Shown: positions 1 through 13,380 of the stretch, piece by piece
Layout of the letters: each line of letters begins with the position of its first letter
Numbering within the stretch: the stretch's first letter is position 1
The notes under the pieces: generated by a model
Told to the model about the DNA's origin: nothing
Seen by the model: only the letters and a program-made list of their open reading frames with translations
Database searches by the model: none
Translations under genes and position numbers: made by a program
Assembly: GCF_006345805.1 (NCBI RefSeq)
Contig: NC_043009.1
Coordinates: forward strand, 30,194,001 to 30,258,000
Reading direction: 5' to 3'
DNA length: 64,000 nucleotides
Origin: Octopus sinensis
Lineage: Eukaryota

Positions 1-392
1 GCGAGCTGGCGGAAACGTTAGCACGCCACGCGAAATGCTTAGCAGTATTTCGTCTGCTGTTACGTTCTGAGTTCAAATTCCGCCGAAGTCGACTTTGCCT
101 TTCATCCTTTCGGGGTCGATTAAATAAGTACCAGTTGCGCACTGGGGTCGATATAATCGACTTAATCCGTTTATCTTTCCTTGTTTGTCCTCTCTGTGTT
201 TAGCCCCTTGTGGGTAGTAAAGAAATAGGTATTTCGTCTGTCTTTACGTTCTGAGTTCAAATTCCGCGTGGTCGACTTTGCCTTTCATCCTTTCGGGGTC
301 GATAAATTAAGTGCCGGTTGCACACTGGGGTCGATCTAAACGACTGGCCCTCCTCCTCCAAAATTTCAGGCCTTGTGCCTAGAGATGAAAAG
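1..392 (+). mobile_element. Octopus-type tRNA-derived SINE (family A), dimer of the central domain
   Basis: Head GCGAGCTGGCGGAAACGTTAGC and B-box-like GAGTTCAAATTCC. The central motif GCCTTTCATCCTTTCGGGGTCGAT...GTACCAG occurs twice (~87-135 and ~270-320). The same family recurs more than 10 times in the window. Confidence 0.85.
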
Positions 393-449
393 TATATATA
401 AAACCATTATCCGCAGTATTAATAATATCATACTATATCTTTAACGTGC

Positions 450-660
450 CTCAGTCATGAAAGTGCGGTCATGCTGGGGCACCCGTTTGATGACTTAATG
501 TCGAACGAATCGACAAACAATACTTACTTGTTTGTAAGCCTACTACTTATTCTATTGGCTTTTTTGACACACCGTTAAGTTACGGAACGTAAATATACTG
601 CTATGGTTGTCTAGCGGTTGTGAGGGATAGTCACAAAAGAAAAGACGCACACATACACAC
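450..660 (-). mobile_element. 3' portion of SINE family B (degenerate)
   Basis: Resembles the reverse complement of the 3' half of the copy at 43815-44190 (CAGTCAT...GCGGTCATGCTGGGGCACC...GTAAGCCTACTACTTATTCTATTGG). Confidence 0.6.
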
Positions 661-678
661 ACGCGAACACACGACAAA

Positions 679-822
679 TTTCTCGTACTCTTTCTTCGGC
701 TAGCCTACGCGCTTACCCAGCAGGGTGACGTCATTTGAAGGCTAAAATAATGCAAAATAGCGCATTGTGACCAGCGATGTGTAGCAACATCTGATAGCCT
801 GGTCGATCACAGTGATCTCGGT
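679..822 (+). mobile_element. 3' tail of SINE family C
   Basis: CGTCATTTGAAGGCTAAAA...GCGCATTGTGACCAGCGATGTGTAGCAACATCTGATAGCCTGGTCG matches 25520-25665. Confidence 0.75.
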
Positions 823-832
823 AATATATATA

Positions 833-888
<56 letters not shown>

Positions 889-896
889 AATATATA

Positions 897-933
<37 letters not shown>

Positions 934-1488
934 GACATATAAAGCATACTTAAAATTTTACATCACGTCATGTGTATTATATACTTGTGCATATGTGGTT
1001 TCAGTGTAAGTAAGAGGTCAAGTATGGAGGTCGAGGTTCAGCGAGTGTTTACGGACGTTAGGGGAGTGAAAGGAGCGCTCTGTACAAGTTTAGGTTTAGT
1101 TTCTGACACCTAGCTTCTCTGTCCGAGACGGAAATATGGTTCATAGTAAACCTTCACCAGAGATCTGAATCAAAACTTTTAGCTACCACCCTCGTGAACC
1201 AAACGGGTAACGAAAACTTTTATAGAAGTAGATTGTATTAAACAGATGCGTGTGTGTGTACATATAAATGTTTCTATAGGCATACATATGTATACACTTG
1301 GATATATGCACGTATCTATCTCCATATATGTGGGTGTGTGTGCGAGTGTGTGTGTACGTGTGTCTATCTGACTATATCAGAATAATAAATACATGAATAT
1401 ACATCTAATCCATTGTATATACTTTAGTCTTGTATACATATATGCGCACGCATACACATCTTCCCATATTATACACACACACACACAC

Positions 1489-1533
<45 letters not shown>

Positions 1534-1534
1534 C

Positions 1535-1566
<32 letters not shown>

Positions 1567-1642
1567 ATATATATGGCGTGTGTGTGTATGTGTGTGCGTC
1601 TATGTGCGTATGTACATGATTATTTGATTTCAGTATTTATGC

Positions 1643-1675
<33 letters not shown>

Positions 1676-2190
1676 TACATACATACATACATACATACAT
1701 ACATGCATAGATGCATACATATATTTATATATACATACATATAATATATATATATATTATATATATATATATATATACATATATATATTATATATACATA
1801 CACATATATACTCACGCACATACACACACATATGTACATATTGATATATGTATATGTATATATGTACGTATATAAAAAGTTATGTATGTATGTGTCTGTG
1901 TATTTCTGTATGTGTGTAGATACACGTGTTTCAAAGATGTATCATGCTAGCCTGTATTCCGACACGCATAATTTATACCAGCCATTGTGTTTAGTCACGT
2001 CAGCAATTCATCTCGTATGTTCTAAGAAGCAATTTTTTTCTTCCGGACACGCACACTCGTACATATTCACACGCAGAGTCGCATCTCAGTACCGAGTCAC
2101 ACACACACACACACACACACACGTACAATTTCATCGTTTCGTATATATCTGTAAAGCGACATTTTTAGTTTTTCATTACATATATATATA
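823..2190. repeat. (AT)n/(AC)n/(ATAC)n microsatellite-rich tract with short unique spacers
   Basis: Seen directly; explains the poly-IY/HT ORFs. Confidence 0.9.
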
Positions 2191-2269
2191 TTAATCGTTA
2201 TTGCTTTTTCATTGCGTCAATATATTTCGTATATTCATCTTGTAGGATGGTGATCCCTATTTGCACACA

Positions 2270-2361
2270 ACATCTAACAACCACACCACCACCACCACTA
2301 CCACTCTCGCGCTTCATCACAATTATCATTTCTACCCCCTACACCGCCAGCATCACCACCG

Positions 2362-2422
<61 letters not shown>

Positions 2423-2519
2423 CACTGCTGCTGCTGCTGCTACTGCTACTGCTACTACTGCTGTTGCCACTACTACAATTACTACTACTACAGCTGCTGC
2501 TGCTACTACAACTACTACT

Positions 2520-2560
<41 letters not shown>

Positions 2561-2745
2561 CATTATTGTTGCTACTGTCACTACTACTTCTACTACTGCC
2601 AGTACTACTACTATTGCTCCCACTTCTACTCCCGCTACTACTTCTTCTCCTACTACTACCATTGCTGCTGTTGCCTTCACTACTACTACTACTGCAACCA
2701 TCACTACCACTACTACTAATATTACGACTACTACTAATAATAATG
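2270..2745. repeat. (TAC)n/(TGC)n/(CAC)n trinucleotide low-complexity tract
   Basis: Seen directly; poly-T/Y/L/V ORFs appear in several frames. Confidence 0.95.
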
Positions 2746-2759
2746 TCTGTAAATTATGA

Positions 2760-2940
2760 CAGAAGACCAAGGGAGGAAAGAAGTCGATTTCATCTGCCCC
2801 GCTCCACACCAGTGTTCAACTGGTACTCATTTTATCGACCTAGAAAGGACGGAAGGTAAAGTAGACCACAGCGAAATTTTAACTCAGAATCTAAAAGCAA
2901 AAGAAATGCCGCTAAGCATTCTTTCCATCTCTCCGCCTTA
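2760..2940 (-). mobile_element. SINE family A, degenerate
   Basis: CAACTGGTACTCATTTTATCGACCTAGAAAGGACGGAAGGTAAAGTAGACC is the reverse complement of the central domain. Confidence 0.7.
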
Positions 2941-2987
2941 CTCCTCTCCCTCCCCTCTTCGTTCTCCTCCCCCTCCCTCTCCTAATG

Positions 2988-2989
2988 AC

Positions 2990-3086
<97 letters not shown>

Positions 3087-3132
3087 GATGATGATGACGA
3101 TGATGATGACGACGACGACGACGACGACGACG

Positions 3133-3164
<32 letters not shown>

Positions 3165-3218
3165 GATGATGATGACGATGATGACGACGACGACGACGAC
3201 GACGACGATGATGATGAT
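2988..3218. repeat. (GAT)n/(GAC)n microsatellite
   Basis: Seen directly. Confidence 0.97.
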
Positions 3219-3220
3219 AG

Positions 3221-3628
3221 AGGGAGAACAAGGCCAGTAGGCCAGATATTGCTGTCAAGATCATGAAGGAAAAAAAAAATCGTTTTTCTAACCGACATCT
3301 CAATCCCAAAATATGACAATATATCTCTAAAAGAAACTGAATAACTCTCGAAATACAAAAGATCTAGAAATAGAGACAACTCGAATGTAAAGACAGAAAT
3401 AATCATTATAACAATAGGTATATTAAGCATGATTAAAGAAAAAGGTATACAGACAAGTAAATGACTAAAACTCCAGGATTTACGGCTATATATATATATA
3501 TATATGACTAAAAACCGCACACATTCTGCGCAAAGCAGTTTCGACACTGTGAAAATAACACAGCGTGTAGCCAAGACATACGGAGCACGGTAGTGCTTTG
3601 AAAGCACGTAATAACAATAAAACTACTG
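3221..3628 (+). mobile_element. 5'-truncated R4/Dong-like non-LTR retrotransposon fragment (RLE endonuclease C-terminus plus 3' UTR)
   Basis: Broken translation NKASRPDIAVKIMKEKK...LSKYK...IIIITIGILSMIK...KTAHILRKAVS. The 3' end (GAAAGCACGT..AATAAAACTACTG) is shared with the copies at 4662-7238 and is followed by (CAA/TAA)n. Confidence 0.75.
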
Positions 3629-3796
3629 AATAACAACAACAACGACAACAACAACAACAACAACAACAGCAACAACAACAATAACAACAGCCATAATAAT
3701 AATAAATGCCCTCATGCAATACAAGACACTGGTTCTCATGGCTTCCAATCATAACAACTGATTGGAAGTGTCATCGTATTACATGTTTTTTGCCTT

Positions 3797-4029
3797 GGTG
3801 GCGAGCTGGCAGAAACGTTAGCACGTCGGGCGAAATGCTTAGGAGTATTTCAGCTGCCGTTACGTTGTGAGTTCGAATTCGCCGAGGTCGACTTTGCCTT
3901 TCATCCTTTCGGGGTCGATAAATTAAGTACCAGTTAAGCGCTGGGGTCGATGTAATCAACTTAATGCCTATGTCTGTCCTTGTTTGTCCCCTCTGTGTTT
4001 AGCCCCTTGTGGGTAATAAAGAAATAGGT
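3797..4029 (+). mobile_element. SINE family A, full length
   Basis: GGTGGCGAGCTGGCAGAAACGTTAGC head, central domain, and TTTAGCCCCTTGTGGG tail. Confidence 0.9.
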
Positions 4030-4465
4030 ATAGAATATAGGCTACAGCAAATATTCTGCTCAATACCACAGAGCTGCTTAAACAGTTGAGCATGTCCTCT
4101 GGTGGCTGACGATATGTGTATCTCTGATCACAAGCAGAAGTAGTGGGGGAACATCATAGCCATGTGTTGAGAGGAATTCTTTGAATAATTGACACGCATG
4201 GGTGTTTAGTTCAACATCCTTAAATAAACCTTATTTATGGCCCTTTTGTGCGAGGTGGGCTACTCACCCGCTAGAAAATTCTAACTGGGCCCACACCTGC
4301 AATATCATGTGTTACTAATCTTGATATGACATCACCATTTCGAGCACAAACGGTTATGATGCATGTGCCTTGTGTACTCTGATCAGACGGGTAGTCATGA
4401 TGGATATAATGGGCTTCTTATATTTTAACCCAGAGTCAATTGATGGCATGCACTGCTCTCTCTAT
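4030..4465 (+). repeat. Non-coding interspersed-repeat-like segment ending in (TAA)n, class unresolved
   Basis: Complex sequence between a SINE and the (TAA)n tract, with no ORF. Recognised only as resembling a common octopus repeat. Confidence 0.35.
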
Positions 4466-4482
4466 AATAGTAATAATGATAA

Positions 4483-4609
<127 letters not shown>

Positions 4610-4622
4610 ATAATAATAATAA

Positions 4623-4661
<39 letters not shown>

Positions 4662-4663
<2 letters not shown>

Positions 4664-5247
4664 TAATAAACTGTGAAGAATGTGCTGAAATCCAACCTGG
4701 ATGCCAAAAATTTTAATTACCGCAATGAACATCCGGACAGTTGCGGTGCTAGATATAGTCCGTCCATCCCCAAAAGGGACTAAGGGGGAAATATCAGACT
4801 GGATTAGCAGAAGGAGAGAAAGTTTATGTCGCTACACTAGTAGACACAATATCTTCAATATCAACAACTCACAATATTGTATACTGTGCGACGTCTATGA
4901 TCATAATAAGAAACAGAGAAACTCTCAAAATACAAAACTTTGGTATAAGAGGCAGCAACTCGAATGTGGAGTCCAAAAACAGTAGCAATCTTATTATTAT
5001 AGTAGGTGCATTAGGTATGATAAAAATATTCAGACAAATACATAACAAAAACATCAGGACTAACAGTATATATAACATACAGAAAATAGCATACTAGGCA
5101 CTGAACAATCGATAAAAACACTTTAAATACACTAAAAATAAGAGCATCACAGCAAACCACAGCACACACCCAAGTACACAAGATGCGCTCGATAGTGCAG
5201 TGAAAGCACGTGATAAAAATAAAACTACTGATAATAATAATATAATA

Positions 5248-5295
<48 letters not shown>

Positions 5296-5325
5296 TAATA
5301 ATAATAATAATAATATTAATAATAA

Positions 5326-5356
<31 letters not shown>

Positions 5357-6039
5357 TAATAATAATATAATAATAATAATATTAATAATAATAATAATAA
5401 TAATAATAAAATAATAATACTAATAATAATAATAAGATGATAATAAACTGTGAAGAATGTGCTGAAATCCAACCTGGATGCCAAAAATTTTAATTACCGC
5501 AATGAACATCCGGACAGTTGCGGTGCTCAGATATAGTCCGTCCATCCCCAAAAGGGACTAAGGGGGAAATATCAAGACTGGATTAGAAGGACGAGAAAGT
5601 TTATGTCGCTACATCTAGTAGACACAATATCTTCAATATCAACAACCTCACAATATTGTATACTGTGCGACGTCTATGATCATAATAAGAAACAGAGAAA
5701 CTCTCAAAATACAAAACTTTGGTATAAGAGGCAACTCGAATGTGGAGTCCAAAAACAGTAGCAAATCTTATTATTATAGTAGGTGCATTAGGTATGATAA
5801 AAATATTCAGACAAATACATAACAAAAACATCAGGACTAACAAGTATATATAACATACAGAAAATAGCACTACTAGGCACTGAACACATCCTACGTAAAA
5901 CACTTTAAATACACTAAAAATAAGAGCATCACAGCAAACCACAGCACACACCCAACGTACACAGAGATGCGCTCGATAGTGAGTGAAAGCACGTGATAAA
6001 AATAAAACTAAACTACTGAATAATAATAATAATAATAAT

Positions 6040-6093
<54 letters not shown>

Positions 6094-6173
6094 TATAATA
6101 ATAATATTAATAATAATATAATAATAATAATAATAATAATAATATTAATAATAATATAATAATAATAATATTA

Positions 6174-6227
<54 letters not shown>

Positions 6228-6800
6228 TAATAAACTGTGAAGAATGTGGCTGAAATCCACCCTGGATGCCAAAAATTTTAATTACCGCAATGAACATCCG
6301 GACAGTTGCGGTGCTCAGATATAGTCCGTCCATCCCCAAGGGACTAAGGGGGAATATCAAGACTGGATTAGAAGGACGAGAAAGTTTATGTCGCTACATC
6401 TAGTAGACACAATATCTTCCAATATCAACACCTCACAATATTGTATACTGTGCGACGTCTATGATCATAATAGAAACAGAGAAACTCTCAAAATACAAAA
6501 CTTTGGTATAAGAGGCAACTCGAATGTGGAGTCCAAAAACAGTAGCAAATCTTATTATTATCGTAGGTGCATTAGGTATGATAAAAATTTCATCAGACAA
6601 ATACATAACAAAAACATCAGGAACTAAAATTATATATAACAAATACAGAAAATAGCACTACTAGGCACTGAACACATCCTACGTAAAACACTTTAAATAC
6701 ACTAAAAATAAGAGCATCACAGCAAACCACAGCACACAACCCAACGTACACAGAGATGCGCTCGATAGTGCAGTGAAAGCACGTGATAAAAATAAAACTA

Positions 6801-6803
<3 letters not shown>
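4662..6803 (+). mobile_element. Three tandem copies (4662-5230, 5439-6018, 6226-6803) of an internally deleted R4/Dong-like element separated by (TAA)n
   Basis: Each copy encodes RT-thumb-like VKNVLKSNLDAKNL.TAMNIRTVAVLRYSPSIPKGTKGEISDWIRRTRKFMSLH fused to the RLE C-terminus KLSKYKTL..TRMWSPKT..IIIVGALGMIK..IQKIALLGTEHILRKTL. The 5' starts are identical; period about 777-787 bp. Confidence 0.85.
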
Positions 6804-6892
<89 letters not shown>

Positions 6893-7010
6893 GAAGAAGA
6901 AGAAGAAGAAGAGAAGAAGAAGAAAGGACAGAAGAAGAAGAGAAGAAGAAGAAGAAGAAGAAGAAGAAGAAGAAGAAGAAAGAAGAGAAGAAGAAGAAGA
7001 AGAAGAAGAA

Positions 7011-7238
7011 TAGGCATGATAAAAAAAATATTCAGACAAATACATAACAAAAACACCAGGACTTACAAACACATATAACATACAGAAAATTGCACTACTA
7101 GGCACTGCACACATCCTACGCAGAACACTTTCCATACAATAACCATCAGAGCATCACAACAAATCACAGCACATACCCAAGGCACACAGAGCTACGCTCG
7201 GTAGTGAAGTGAAAGCACGCTATAAAAATAAAACTACT
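7011..7238 (+). mobile_element. Short 3' fragment of a sister R4/Dong-like subfamily
   Basis: KIALLGTAHILRRTLSI* followed by the same type of 3' UTR and (TAA)n. Confidence 0.8.
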
Positions 7239-7249
7239 AAATGATAATG

Positions 7250-7299
<50 letters not shown>

Positions 7300-7301
<2 letters not shown>

Positions 7302-8090
7302 TAAAAAAAACACTATTATTGGAAGTTAGAAGGCCAGGCTTGTGTAGGATGGTAGATTGCAATGATAAAGCACTGATCATGCAATTGAAAACGAATGAAA
7401 CTGAAAATAGGTGGGTAAAGAAAAGAATGCATGGACAATTTCATAGGGATATTGAAGATAAGGCAGAGAAAAAAGGTGACTATGGATGACTAAAAATGAT
7501 TTATAACCGGACGCGGAAACTATAATCTGTGCTGCCCAAGAGCAAGCATTAAGAACGAAATACATCAAATACAGAATAGACAACACATAAGAAAGTGATG
7601 TGCAGAATTTGTGGACAAAATGGTGAAATGGTAATGCAAAGATCCTATAGGATTTTATGATTCAGTGCAACCATGAGATAGAGAATAGGAAGCCAGACAT
7701 AATCATAATCGAGAAAGAAAACAGACTATGTTGGATCATAGATATAGGATGCCCAGCTGACAACAAGGTACGCGATAATGAAGAAAGAAAAGTCGATAGA
7801 TATGAAAGGTTAGCTTGGGAGGTTAAGCAGTTGTGGTCGATGAAGAAAGTTGTAGTAGTAACAATAATTGTCGGAGCACTGGGAACAGAGAGTAAAAATC
7901 TTGAGAAGTACATGGAACAAATAGGGGCTGCAATAAGGGTGGAGCACTTGCAGAAAACAGCACTGCTTGGGACCGCTCGAATACTCCGGATGCTGCTTGA
8001 AAAATAAGAGGTGTTATCTTAGTTCACTGGTAGTGAACAGCTGGCACCATAGGATATTTCCAGCGTCAGAAGCTGTGCAAAAACAATAAA
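7300..8090 (+). mobile_element. R4/Dong-like retrotransposon 3' fragment with RLE domain (ORF 7657-8007)
   Basis: W..KRMHGQF, ETIICAAQEQALRTKY, RKPDIIIIEKENRLCWIIDIGCP (PD..D motif), IIVGALG, LQKTALLGTARILR. Flanked by (TAA)n and (TGA)n. Confidence 0.9.
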
Positions 8091-8098
8091 TAATAATA

Positions 8099-8139
<41 letters not shown>

Positions 8140-8239
8140 AATAATGATAATAATAATATGTATCACATGATTGCAAAAGAACAATATTGTGTGCTTGTTT
8201 TAATGACCAACCAATATATACAGCATGTTTCTCTGCCCT

Positions 8240-8560
8240 AGGTGTCAGGAGGACACTCGGCAAGAATTGGAAACAGAATTGAAGATGCTAGTAATAATAA
8301 ATCCTGAGAAATATCACGATCTAGAAAGAGAGCTAAGGAGACTGTAGAAGAGGAACAGAATTACTCCTCTATTAATTGGTGCAATTGGCACAGCACCCAG
8401 AATACAGCCTAAACGACTGAAAAAAATTGAAATTGAAATTCGTCAGAATCATAAGAAACATTCTTGAGATATGAGGAGACTTGTTGTCGCCAAACCTCAA
8501 GATAAAATACCTGCTAACTAAATTAGCATGCACTGGCGAAATAACAACAGCAAGAACCTA
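8240..8560 (+). mobile_element. Decayed RLE C-terminal fragment
   Basis: EKYHDLEKELRRL..ITPLLIGAIGT resembles the KY..L..E..R.W..P..IGALG motif; followed by (CAA/TAA)n. Confidence 0.55.
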
Positions 8561-8747
8561 AACAACAACAACAACAACGATAATAATAATAATAATAATA
8601 ATAATATAATAATAATAATAATAATAATAATAACGACTTTTACACTACTAGTAATACTACTACCTCTACTATTATTGCTGCTTTCTCACCACCTCTTCTC
8701 CCTCCACCTGATCCACCTCGTCTTCATCCCGTTCCCCTTCCTCCTCT

Positions 8748-8779
<32 letters not shown>

Positions 8780-10330
8780 ATGATAATAATAATAGTAATA
8801 ACAACAACCACCACCATTACTACTACTACTACTACAATACCACCTCTCCAGCAACAACATCAACAATGGCAACTTGAATAACAACAGCTAACACAATAAC
8901 TACAACTACAGCAACATGAACAACAGCTAACACAATAACTACAATAACTACAATAGCAACTAGAGCAACGAGTACAAAAACAGCCCCGATAACAAAGACT
9001 ACAACAGTAGCAACAAGAAGAACCTCATTCCCAGCGCTTTTGTTGCCTTCTATCCCCCACAACACTTACACTAACACGATACCACAACCATCACTGCCAC
9101 CACAACGACCCATGCAACACCAGCATCATCACTATCACCACCGTCATCACCACCACCACCACGACAGTAAATAGCATCAGCTCTATTATCACCATCATCA
9201 ACATCATTACCACTAGAGCCATCACCGCTGTTTTAACTACACCACCAATGCCGCCGCCGCTACTAACATCAAAACCATCATCAGCAATTGTATATCATAG
9301 ACACATGGTCGTCGTCGACGTCGCTCTCATGATCATCATCAGCACCATCATCACTGCCATTTCCACCTTCAACGCTAACCATCCTGACAACCCTACCACG
9401 ACCACCAGATCAAATCCTTCAACACTAATACTATTATTTCACAGAATCTCCCGAGGACTTACGCCGCCAAAATTAATTTCACCTCCACAGGAATTACCCT
9501 CTCCAATTCCATGGCCATCACCGATGTTTTCGACGAAGATAACTATCACCAAATGTAGCCAACACTACTATTAAATTTTTTCCTTCTTCCAGCTTCTTCT
9601 TTTAGCCATAACTACTACTACCGCCAAGACTAGCATCACCAACATTATTATTACTACCATTGCTACCATCATTATCCTCATCATCAGCAGCCGCACCAAT
9701 AGCAACTCCACAACGATCCCCACAATGAACACCCACCGCCACTGCTATGACCACTACCTATTTCTTTATTACCTACAAGGGGCTAAACACAGAGGGGACA
9801 AACAAGGACAGACATAGGTATTAAGTCGATTACATCGACCCCAGTGCGTAGCTGGTACTTAATTTATCGACCCCGAAAGGATGATAGGCAAAGTCGACCT
9901 CGGCGGAATTTGAACTCACAACGTAACGGCAGGCGAAATACCGCTAAGCATTTCGCCCGGCGTGCTAACATTTCTGCCAGCTCGCCGCCTTATTATGCTA
10001 TGACCACTACCGTAAACACTACCACCAGTATTAACGGGTGATACCACGAAAAGAACCTATGGAAAATCCACCGTCATCACCATCAACACTAACACCGACT
10101 GAAAGCATGGTGCCAAAACTACAAATACCACCATCACCACAGTAAGAACAGCAAAACCAGAAACACCATTACCTCCATTGCTACCACATACAGTCACGTC
10201 TTAAATACCAATAGTCACAACTAGCACCACGTCCAAAAACCTATAGCACCAACATCAATACCAATACTGATATCTACTGGCAACTTCAACAACTTCAACA
10301 ACATCATCACTGATGCCACACCTCACAATT

Positions 10331-10362
<32 letters not shown>

Positions 10363-10625
10363 AAAACAGCTCACTACCACAATACCATAACAACGACTAC
10401 AAGCAGTAGCATTCCTCAACGCGCCGCCATCATCATCACCAACACCAGACCTCACTACTACCACTACCACCACCACCACCACCACCACCACCACCACCAT
10501 ACCAACAAAAACCCCGCAACTACCACAACCAACCCCCAACCTTAATGACACCAACACCCCCACAAATAACACAACCCCACCACACGTATCTACCAGCACC
10601 GCCCTAACCATCATGCTACTATCAT
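8560..10625. repeat. Long degenerate (CAN)n/(TAC)n low-complexity tract
   Basis: Seen directly; contains a SINE at 9756-9989. Confidence 0.85.
9756..9989 (-). mobile_element. SINE family A, full length
   Basis: Reverse complement of the copy at 3797-4029. Confidence 0.9.
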
Positions 10626-10923
10626 ACTCTTTGACTATACACCATTCACTTTGAAGTGAATGTATATGAAACTAGCGAACACATGTTACAGTTTAGTATA
10701 TAATTATAACTTCAAAACTGCTATATATCACATGCATCAGTGAAATTTTCAGAGCTGAATCTAATTCAAGTCAGAGCAATGTTGCTCCTTCTATATAAAC
10801 CGAATAGGAAGTCTTTTAAGCAGAACAGTAGAAGAGAGTTAAGTCATTTCTAACTAAATGTCTTTAACAGGCAAATGTATTGATCTTGTGTTAACTGGAC
10901 CTAGAAACGTAGTGGTGCCTCCT

Positions 10924-10927
<4 letters not shown>

Positions 10928-10988
<61 letters not shown>
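10928..10988. repeat. (GT)n microsatellite
   Basis: Seen directly. Confidence 0.97.
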
Positions 10989-10990
<2 letters not shown>

Positions 10991-11313
10991 TGCGTAAGAG
11001 TGTGGGGGGGTCTGTGAAAAAGGAAGCGGGTGGAGCTAGAAGAAGTAGTTCTTAGGTGGAAAATTCCCGTTTGATAGTTTCTTACCAAAGGAATTATTAA
11101 GCAGAAATAAGATCATGTTATGCGTGTTTGTATGTGTGTGTAGGTGTGCGTATGCGTGTCTCTGTGTAAATACATACATACATACAAATACATATATAGA
11201 TACACTCACACGGGCAAACATATGTATATGCATATATATATATGCATACATATATAGATGTATATATATACATACATGTATGTATGTGTGTATGTTTGTG
11301 TGTGTATATATAG

Positions 11314-11367
<54 letters not shown>

Positions 11368-11601
11368 CCATCAGACAGTTAAAATGCTCATATACTTACG
11401 TAACTGAACAAACAAATTATGGCGGGCGAGTATTCGTGCAAGTGGGGGTGAGATTGTAAAAGCGCGCGGCGCGTGCATGTATTTTGTCGGTGGATTGAAT
11501 ACTATTTGCAAGATATATGATTATTATCATGTTTACACAACTATGCATATACCACACACAAGTGTGTATAAGTGTTTAGCTATATATATATATATAATAA
11601 T

Positions 11602-11645
<44 letters not shown>

Positions 11646-12371
11646 TATAACTTTAAAAACACACACACAGTATATATACATACGTGTGTTTATATATATA
11701 TATATATATTATATATATATGGTGTACTTATGTTTTTTTTTTTATTAAACTGTATGTGAAACCAATCTATCACTTTTTAAACTTTGTAACAGCACTACGC
11801 ATTCTTTCTATTTTCTACGAATCTAGTTCTGTATATTTTCCTGGCGACATTAGTAGAGATACGCACTAAGAAAAAATGTATACGTACATACGCAAACACC
11901 CATACATATGTACGATCTCTATGTGTGTGTAGAGAGAGATAGAGCGAGAGATAAAGATAGACTGATGAGCAAATACACGCATATACATATAAATATATGA
12001 GTACACATACATATATGCGTGTGTGTGTTTATGTGGATATATATATATATAGATATATATATATATATATGCATATATATGTACTTATACACACGCACAC
12101 ACACACACATATATGAAATTATATAACTCTGTGTGTGCGTAAGTATGAATGGATCTGTGGGTGTTATATGGGGCATGCGACATCATTCCATACATAAATG
12201 AAATAAATCTGTCAGAAGATTAGACTCGAAAACCGTGGTATATTATATATTATGCATACATATATACATACATATGTATGTATATATATATGTGTGTGTT
12301 TGTGTGTGTTTGTGTAAATATATATATACACGTATATATACATATGTATACCTATGTATATATACATATAT

Positions 12372-12405
<34 letters not shown>

Positions 12406-12784
12406 TATATATATATACATATATGTATATATATTTATATATATATATAAATATACATACATACATACGTATGTATATAAATATGTCTGTGTGTATAGAT
12501 ATGGATATTAAGGTATGTACGTGACATATGATTACATTTCTAAAATTCAGCTATTAAATATTTTCCTTCTTCTTTCAGCTTTTTAGTTCTAAATGGCCGT
12601 TCGAAGTCAATAACCTCGTGACCAGTAGAATTTCGACCCACCCGCTCCCTTGAAAAATACAAATGTGGTAAGAATCTGATTCGCTAGACATTTGATAATG
12701 CCAAAAGGTGTACTGAAGTTGGTCACACGATCTATACTAGCAAATGAAAACCAAGATTAAGCAACAATTCTCTTGACCTTTCTA

Positions 12785-13277
12785 CGTTTTATAATTCTTT
12801 TGGATTTTTTCGGTTTGACCGGCTGTTTTTTAAAATAATTTCCACGTAACTAAACACTTTTAAACTTCGTATACTGGTAGAATGTGTTTCTAAAACATCT
12901 TTTTTTCTCTTGGTTTTATTGAGAAAATTCTATAGTTTGTAAGATATTTGTTGTTTTTTCTTCTTCAATTTCTGCAATTTCAACCAATCAATGACGTCTA
13001 TTGAGGTGAAAACATTCTATGCCATATGAATATGTCCCTCGTTTCAGAAACAGATTGGGTTTATTTACATTTGTGAAGAAAAAAAGATACTCTTCTTCCC
13101 ACCCTTAACCCTAAACCTAACCCTTAATATCTTACAAACTATAGAATTTTCTCAATAAAGCCAAGAGAAAAAGATGTTTTATAAACACATTCTACCAGTA
13201 TACGAAGTTTACATTTTTTTAGTTACCTAGAAGTTATGTTAAAAACTGCCGTTCAAACCGAAAAGATCCATAAAACG
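12785..13277. mobile_element. Fold-back/MITE-like element with ~150-bp inverted arms and an internal telomere-like motif
   Basis: Arms at about 12785-12948 and 13126-13277 (e.g. AAACTTCGTATACTGGTAGAATGTGTTT vs AAACACATTCTACCAGTATACGAAGTTT). The spacer contains CCCTTAACCCTAAACCTAACCCT. Confidence 0.7.
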
Positions 13278-13289
13278 AAATGTTTTGCT

Positions 13290-13380
13290 CAAGAACACAA
13301 CGCTCCGCCCGTTGTATGAATCGAAACCACAATGTTACAATCGTGACTGCAACACCCTGACCACTAGGCCGTATACCATC
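13290..13380 (-). mobile_element. tRNA-like head of a SINE (family C-related), partial
   Basis: Reverse complement reads GGCCTAGTGGTCAGGGTGTTGCAGTCACGATTG..GGTTTCGATTC (A and B boxes). Confidence 0.6.

Noticed and set aside
11415-11480. CpG-rich patch with ATGGCGG and GCGCGCGGCGCG as a promoter
   Set aside because: Too short, and no associated exon or TSS evidence.
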